Assembly: GCA_963796365.1 (NCBI GenBank)
Contig: CAWCLJ010000004.1
Coordinates: forward strand, 1,930,519-1,994,518
From: an uncultured Chloroflexia bacterium
Lineage (GTDB): Bacteria > Chloroflexota > Dehalococcoidia > Dehalococcoidales > RBG-16-60-22
Direction: 5' to 3'
Length of the DNA: 64,000 nucleotides
Part shown: one piece after another, positions 58,414-64,000 of the stretch
Layout: every line of letters starts with the position of its first letter
How positions within the stretch are numbered: position 1 is the stretch's first letter
Notes under the pieces: model-generated
Database searches by the model: none
What the model was told of the DNA's origin: nothing
Seen by the model: only the letters and a program-made list of their open reading frames with translations
Position numbers and translations under genes: made by a program

Positions 58414-59312
58414 ATGGCCGTGGGGAGCTTCGTCTGCTCCCGGACCGAAGAAGCCGACGTATTCATCCTGGGGATTCCCTTCGATGGGGCTGTCAGCAAC
58501 GAAAAAGGGGCAGCGGCTGCCCCGGACCGTTTGCGGGAATTATCCAGGATATTGCCCCTTGCCACCGAAGAAGGCGCGTTATTTAGTAATTTAAAAATCC
58601 GTGATGAGGGCAATGTCCCGGTGCGTTTGAATTGGGATCAATATTTCGCAGAAGTAGAAAAACGGGCTTTCAGTTTAATCGACCAGAATAAATTTTGCCT
58701 ATTTTCTAGGTGGTGACCATTCGGTTTCAATACCGCTTGAAAGTGCTTTTGCCCGAGCGCATGCCAGTGTAGAATATCGGTATTATTCACATGGATGCCC
58801 ATTGTGACCTCGCCGATGAGTATGATGGTCACAAATGGTCGCATGCTTGTACGCAGCGCCGGGCTTTGGAACTGGCTAATGTAAAGCCGGATAACCTGAC
58901 ATTGGTAGGTATCCGCTCTTTTATGGAAGATGAACTGGAATTCCTTCATAACTACCCTTCAGTCCGTGTAATTAAAGCCAGGGAAATATATCAGCACGGT
59001 CTGGAATATGCTTTTAAAAAGATAAGTGAACGCTATCAAAATTGCCGAACTGTTTACCTTTCCCTTGATATCGATATCCTTGATCCTGGATATGCTCCCG
59101 GTACAGGCACTCCCGAGGGCGGTGGTTTGAGTACGAGGGAGTTAATAGAACTGGTCAGGAAGATAATAGCCAATCTTCCGGTAAAAGCCGCAGATATCGT
59201 AGAAGTTTCCCCGCCGCTTGATATATCGAATATCACCTCCTGGGCGGCGCTTAAGGTAATGTATGAGATATTCGGGGAACTAAATAACCGAAAGACAGGA
59301 AAGAAATCTTAG
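58414..59312 (+). pseudogene. speB: arginase-family ureohydrolase (agmatinase / guanidinobutyrase-like), frameshifted
   Basis: Pieces are 58414..58716 (ADVFILGIPFDGAVS), an unlisted middle frame (GGDHSVSIPL), and 58791..59312 (MDAHCDLADEY..., SLDIDILDPGYAPGTGTPEGGGLS). These are the Mn-binding motifs of the family. At least 2 frame changes. Confidence 0.7.
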
Positions 59313-59340
59313 GTGAATCTTAATATTAAGGAAGGCTTAA

Positions 59341-60885
59341 ATGGCTAACGGTCTTGATCTTATTATCAAAGGTAATATCATTACTGTAGTCAATCAAAAA
59401 CCCCGGGCGGAGGCTATCGGCATTAAGAACGAGAAAATCGTATCCGTAGGTACGGTAAAGGAGGTCGAGGAAGGTGCAGGAAAAAACACCGAAGTACTTG
59501 ACCTGAAAGGTAAAACCATCCTGCCCGGGTTTATGGACAGCCACGCCCATGCTATGGGTACGGGGAAAAACCGCCTTGGCGTTGATTTATCTTCAGTAAA
59601 AACAGTTAAAGAAGCTCTGGAAAAGATTACGGGAAAGAGTAAAGAAGACACCGCCGAGGGTAATCTTGTTTATTGCCCGGAATATAACCGCCAGCATGTA
59701 ACAGAAAAACGGTACCCTACAAGGAAAGAACTGGATAATATTTCTACTAAACATCCCATCTGGATACAGCATTATGACGGTCACTTTTCTCAAGTTAATA
59801 GTATGGCACTTAACATACTCGGGTATGCAGCAGGCAGGAAGGAGTCATGGTTGATGCCAAGGGAGAGCTGACCGGCCTGTATAAAGGACCCCGCTTCCGC
59901 CCGCGCCTTAAGCTCCGGAGATGACTTTTCTGACCAAACTGAGGCCATAAAAGCTTTGATGCTCGTTAGCCAAAGAAGCCGCTTCGGTAGGCATCACAAC
60001 CCTTTTTGCCAAGGAAAGCCTGGAAAATGCTGAAATTATCTTTAAAAATATTAAAAAAATACCCGTACGTATCCGATCCGATGGTAATGCCGGGGTTTGG
60101 CACCGAACGCTAGATAACGTCTCAATAGTAAATATCCTTGGTAAACATATCTGTGTAGTGCAATTTAACTGATGGTTCTGTTGATGCACACACCGCTGCA
60201 TTGTATGAGCCCTATACAGACGACCCAACGACACTCGGTATGCTTTATCATACCGACGAAGAGTTTTATACGTTTATTGAAAAAGTACATAAAGCCGGCT
60301 GCCAGATTTCTGTCCATGCCGAATCGGAGCGGTGCATCGACCAGACCCTCTGGGCATATGAAAAAGTCCTAGAGAAATACCCCCGCAAGGACCACCGCCA
60401 CCGCATCGAGCATTTTGAACTTGTCACTCCAATAAGCAAATTAAAAAGGCGTGGGGCTCGGGGTTGCCCTAGCCATGCAGCCCATGTTATGACCGTTTGC
60501 GAAGAACCTGGATATTACCGGTGCATTTTCGGGGAAGAGAGAATAAAAAGGTCTCACACTTATCGCTCCATTCTGAACGAAGGAACACTGGTGTCGGGTG
60601 GGTCGGATTCACCGGTTACCAAGGATGAACCCCTTGAGGGTATTCATGCCCTGGTTAACCATCCATTAAAGAACAGCGTATCGATGTCTATGAGGCAATT
60701 GAGATTTTTACGATTAATAATGCTAAAATAGGCTTTGAAGAAGATATTAAAGGCAGTATCGAAGCAGGGAAACTGGCGGATTTTGTCGTATTGTCTGATG
60801 ACCCATATCGGGTCCCCACGGAGAAAATCGGGATATCAAAGTTGAAATGACCATTGTCGGCGGCAAGGTCGTATATAAAAAGTAA
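59341..60885 (+). pseudogene. amidohydrolase-family paralogue, multiple frameshifts
   Basis: The N-terminus MANGLDLIIKGNIITVVNQKPRAEAIGIK is near-identical to the 38887-40440 product. Pieces 59341..59871 and 60201..60731 and the tail ...MTIVGGKVVYKK (stop 60883-60885) lie in different frames. Confidence 0.7.
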
Positions 60886-60968
60886 CACTAACTTATTCTT
60901 CCTTTTTACTCTTAATGTACGACATATTTCTACGGATATAATTTTTATTTTGGCGCGGGAGAGTTTAA

Positions 60969-62522
60969 ATGGCTAATAACCTGGATCTTATTATCAAAGG
61001 TAACATCATAACTGTCATCAATCAGAAACCCCGGGCGGAAGCCATCGGCGTCAAAGGGGAGAAGATCGTTTCTGTGGGAACGTTGAAAGAGGTCGAGGCG
61101 GATGCCGGGAAAAGCACTAAAGTCCTGGATTTGATAGGTAACACAGTTCTGCCCGGTTTCATTGATACTCATGCTCACCCTATGGGCCAGGGCAGAAACC
61201 GCATGGGCGTAGATTTATCCACTGTTACATCCATTGCCGAAACGCTGAGTAAAGTCAGGCAAAGGGTAAAAACTACCCCGGAAGGGAAATGGGTCTTCTG
61301 CCCGGCTTATAATCGCCTTTACGTGAAAGAAAAAAGGTTCCCAACGTTAAAAGAGCTCGATGATATTTCTACCAGGCATCTAATTTCCATCCAGCATGTT
61401 GACGGCCATTTTTCCCAGCTTAACAGCGCTTCTCTCAAGTTTTTAAAGCTGGAGGCGGGCATGCCCGGCGTGGTTACCGGTCCTGACGGAAAGCCTACCG
61501 GGCTTATCGAGGACCCGGCTTCCGGTAAGACCCTGGAAATCATCGGGGCTTTAACTACCAATGATGAAAAGATGACGGCCTTGAAACTAGTTACCGATGA
61601 AGCGGTTTCGGTCGGCATTACCACTCTTTTTGCCAAGGAACCTCTTGAAACACAGGAATTCATCAGGGAAAACCTCAAGAAAATCCCGGTGCGCATCCAT
61701 CCCATGGTCATGGGCGCTACCAGGGGGATTTTAATGCTGGAAAAGATTATGAAAGCGGATTTCCTGCGGCGATCACGTTTGCGTTGCTACCGCCGCCGAT
61801 GGCTCCATCGAGGCCCATACCGCTGCTTTATTTGAGCCTTTTCCAATGCCCCGGATACGCTGGGGATGTTGGTCTTCAGCGATGAGCAGCTTTATGATTT
61901 TGTTGAAAAATCGCATAAAGCCGGTTTCCAGGTATCCATCCATGCAGAGTCAGAAAGGTGCATTGAGCAGGTCCTGTGGGCCTATGAAAAAGTGCTGGAG
62001 AAATACCCCCGCAAAGACCACCGCCACCGCATCGAGCATTATGAAGTACCTTCCATAAAACAGATTAAAAGGGCTGCCAGGCTGGGGGTCGTTCTGGCCA
62101 TGCAGCCCACCTTTATCCCATCCTGTGAAGGTCCCAACCTGGATTATTATCGCGCGATACTGGGGGAAGAAAGATTAAAGAGGGCAAATGCTTTCCGTTC
62201 CATCCTGGACGAAGAAATAATCGTTTCCGGGGGTTCGGATACACCTGTAACGCGCATGAATCCTTTGTTAGGAATCCATTATTGTGTTAATCACCCCCTG
62301 ATAGAGCAGCGCATCGATATTTATGAAGCCATTGAGATGTTCACCATAAACGGGGCGAAAACTGGTTTTGAAGAAGATATTAAAGGGAGCATCGAGCCCG
62401 GAAAACTGGCGGACTTTGTCGTCCTGTCCGATGACCCGTATCGTATCCCCAAGGACAAGATAAAAGATATTAATGTTGAGATGACTATTGTAGGCGGAAA
62501 AACCGTTTATCAAAGGAAGTAG
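60969..62522 (+). pseudogene. amidohydrolase-family paralogue with a compensated double frameshift
   Basis: ORFs 60969..61835 and 61866..62522 are in the same frame. The homologous peptide between them (GDHVCVATAADGSIEAHTAALFEPF) is only readable in another frame. Confidence 0.7.
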
Positions 62523-62545
62523 CCTGTTTAAAAGGAATATTTATC

Positions 62546-63889
62546 ATGAATAAAGGCAAGAAACCCGGTGAAAAAAGAGAATTGCCCGGTATTAAGTCAG
62601 CAGAACTCCTTAAGTTAAGAAACCGGTATGTACCACGCGGCGTTTTTCAAATAGCCCCCGTTTTTATTGAAAAAGGCAAAGGAGCTATTGTCACCGACGT
62701 CGATAGCCATGAATATATCGATTTTTGTGCCGGGATATCTACGTTAAGTATCGGGCACAGTAATGAAGAAGTTATTTCAGTAATCAAAGAGCAGGCAGAA
62801 AAGCATTTGCATACCTGTTTTCACGTATTGATGTATGAATCATACGTTAAGCTGGCGCAAAAGCTGGCGGAAATTACGCCGGGAGACTTCGATAAACAAG
62901 TGTTACTGGCTAACAGCGGTGCTGAAGCCGTGGAAAACGCGGTTAAAATCGCTCGACGTTATACCGGAAAACGGGGCATCATTGCTTTCGAGAACGCTTT
63001 TCACGGCCGGACGGCCATGGCGATGGGCCTTACCAGCCAGGTAAAGAATTATAAATACGGCTTCGGTCCCTTTGATCCTCACATCAACGTTTTCCTTATG
63101 CCTATAGCTACCGGGCGCCTTTTGGCGTTGGCCCGGATGAATATGCTGAATACTGCGTTCCGGAAAATAGAAGACAGCTTCAGGACGCACACCCCGGCGG
63201 AAGAGACGGCAGCTATCATTGTAGAGCCTGTACTTGGGGAGGGGGGCTTTGTAGTGCCTCCCCCGGCATTTATTACGGGTCTGCGTAAAATATGCGATAA
63301 GTATAAAATCTTATTGATCGCCGATGAAGTACAGTCCGGCATGGGCCGCACCGGAAAAATGTGGGCGATTGAACATTTTGGCGTAGCCCCTGATATTTTG
63401 CTGTCGGCCAAAGGATTGGGCGGAGGTCTCGTGATATCGGCTGTTATCGGGAAAAAAGAAGTGATGGACTCGGTTGACAGCGGCGGCATAGGGGGGACTT
63501 TCGGGGGCAATCCTCTTTCCTGTGCAGCTGCTTTAAAAACGATAGAAGTGATTGAGAATAATAAGCTCCTGGTCAGGGCGGGCCACCTTGGTAAAATTGC
63601 GGCCGCCAGACTTAATGAAATGAAGCAAAAATATGACCTTATTGGAGATGTCCGGGGACTTGGTTGTATGATTGGCGTGGAACTGGTCAAAAATCAGAAG
63701 ACAAAGGAGCCGGCTTCGGATGAGACCAGTAAAATACAGAAAAAATGTCATGAACGCGGTCTATTAATAATGTCCTGCGGTGCATTACATAATGTTTTCC
63801 GTTTGATGTTCCCTCTGGTCATTGCGGAAAAGGAACTTGAAACAGGATTAAATATTTTTGAAGATGCTTTAAAAGATGCCGCAAGCTAA
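62546..63889 (+). CDS. gabT: 4-aminobutyrate aminotransferase (class-III PLP aminotransferase)
   Basis: 447 aa with RYVPRGV, DFCAGISTLSIGHSNEEV, NSGAEAVENAVKIAR, FHGRT, VEPVLGEGGF, DEVQSGMGRTGKMWA and GGTFGGNP. Confidence 0.82.
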   Translation: MNKGKKPGEKRELPGIKSAELLKLRNRYVPRGVFQIAPVFIEKGKGAIVTDVDSHEYIDFCAGISTLSIGHSNEEVISVIKEQAEKHLHTCFHVLMYESYVKLAQKLAEITPGDFDKQVLLANSGAEAVENAVKIARRYTGKRGIIAFENAFHGRTAMAMGLTSQVKNYKYGFGPFDPHINVFLMPIATGRLLALARMNMLNTAFRKIEDSFRTHTPAEETAAIIVEPVLGEGGFVVPPPAFITGLRKICDKYKILLIADEVQSGMGRTGKMWAIEHFGVAPDILLSAKGLGGGLVISAVIGKKEVMDSVDSGGIGGTFGGNPLSCAAALKTIEVIENNKLLVRAGHLGKIAAARLNEMKQKYDLIGDVRGLGCMIGVELVKNQKTKEPASDETSKIQKKCHERGLLIMSCGALHNVFRLMFPLVIAEKELETGLNIFEDALKDAAS

Positions 63890-64000
63890 ACGGAAAAACC
63901 TGCCGCATTTCATTATTGTTCTTATCAAAAATATTTATTGTTGATATTTCTTTTCGTAGTTTTTTGTCAGTGCGAAGTTGTAAAACACAAAAGGCTTATC

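Overview
This is a 64-kb, moderately AT-rich bacterial window with anaerobe-type gene content. I found no rRNA, no complete tRNA and no CRISPR array. It has three parts. (1) 1-24.9 kb is an accessory or defence-style patchwork. It holds a minus-strand operon (small ORF, C5 DNA methyltransferase, GHKL/MORC-like ATPase) that runs off the left edge. It also holds a visibly GC-rich imuB - small ORF - dnaE2 mutagenesis cassette behind a sigma70-type promoter with an embedded GAAC-N4-GTTC LexA box. Next is an unusual cluster: wHTH, proteasome-beta/HslV-like protease and a degenerate tyrosine-recombinase-like protein, with a divergent XRE regulator. Then come recD2, a HEPN-motif protein, an MmeI-type (type IIL) restriction-modification fusion translationally coupled to a PLD-family nuclease, a DrrAB-like ABC exporter, and an IS200/IS605 element split by an IS256-family element with 8-bp target duplications. 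(2) 25.9-35.8 kb carries an ECF sigma, a DUF4349-type anti-sigma (with an in-frame TAA) and a cohesin-domain surface protein, followed by a tandem-USP protein, a 1587-aa multi-PAS hybrid histidine kinase and a receiver-only regulator. (3) 36-64 kb is a catabolic island that reads as agmatine/putrescine -> GABA -> 4-hydroxybutyrate -> crotonyl-CoA. Its enzymes are agmatinase, PatA, AOR + ferredoxin + MoaD, GabT, GDH, 4-hydroxybutyrate dehydrogenase, CoA-transferase, 4-hydroxybutyryl-CoA dehydratase and Hbd. The island also has a peptide-type ABC importer, three amidohydrolase paralogues and four copies of an uncharacterised cupin-like module. About nine genes between 46.9 and 62.5 kb are broken by frameshifts while their neighbours are intact. 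All functional calls come from my reading of motifs in the supplied translations and the DNA; no database search was possible.
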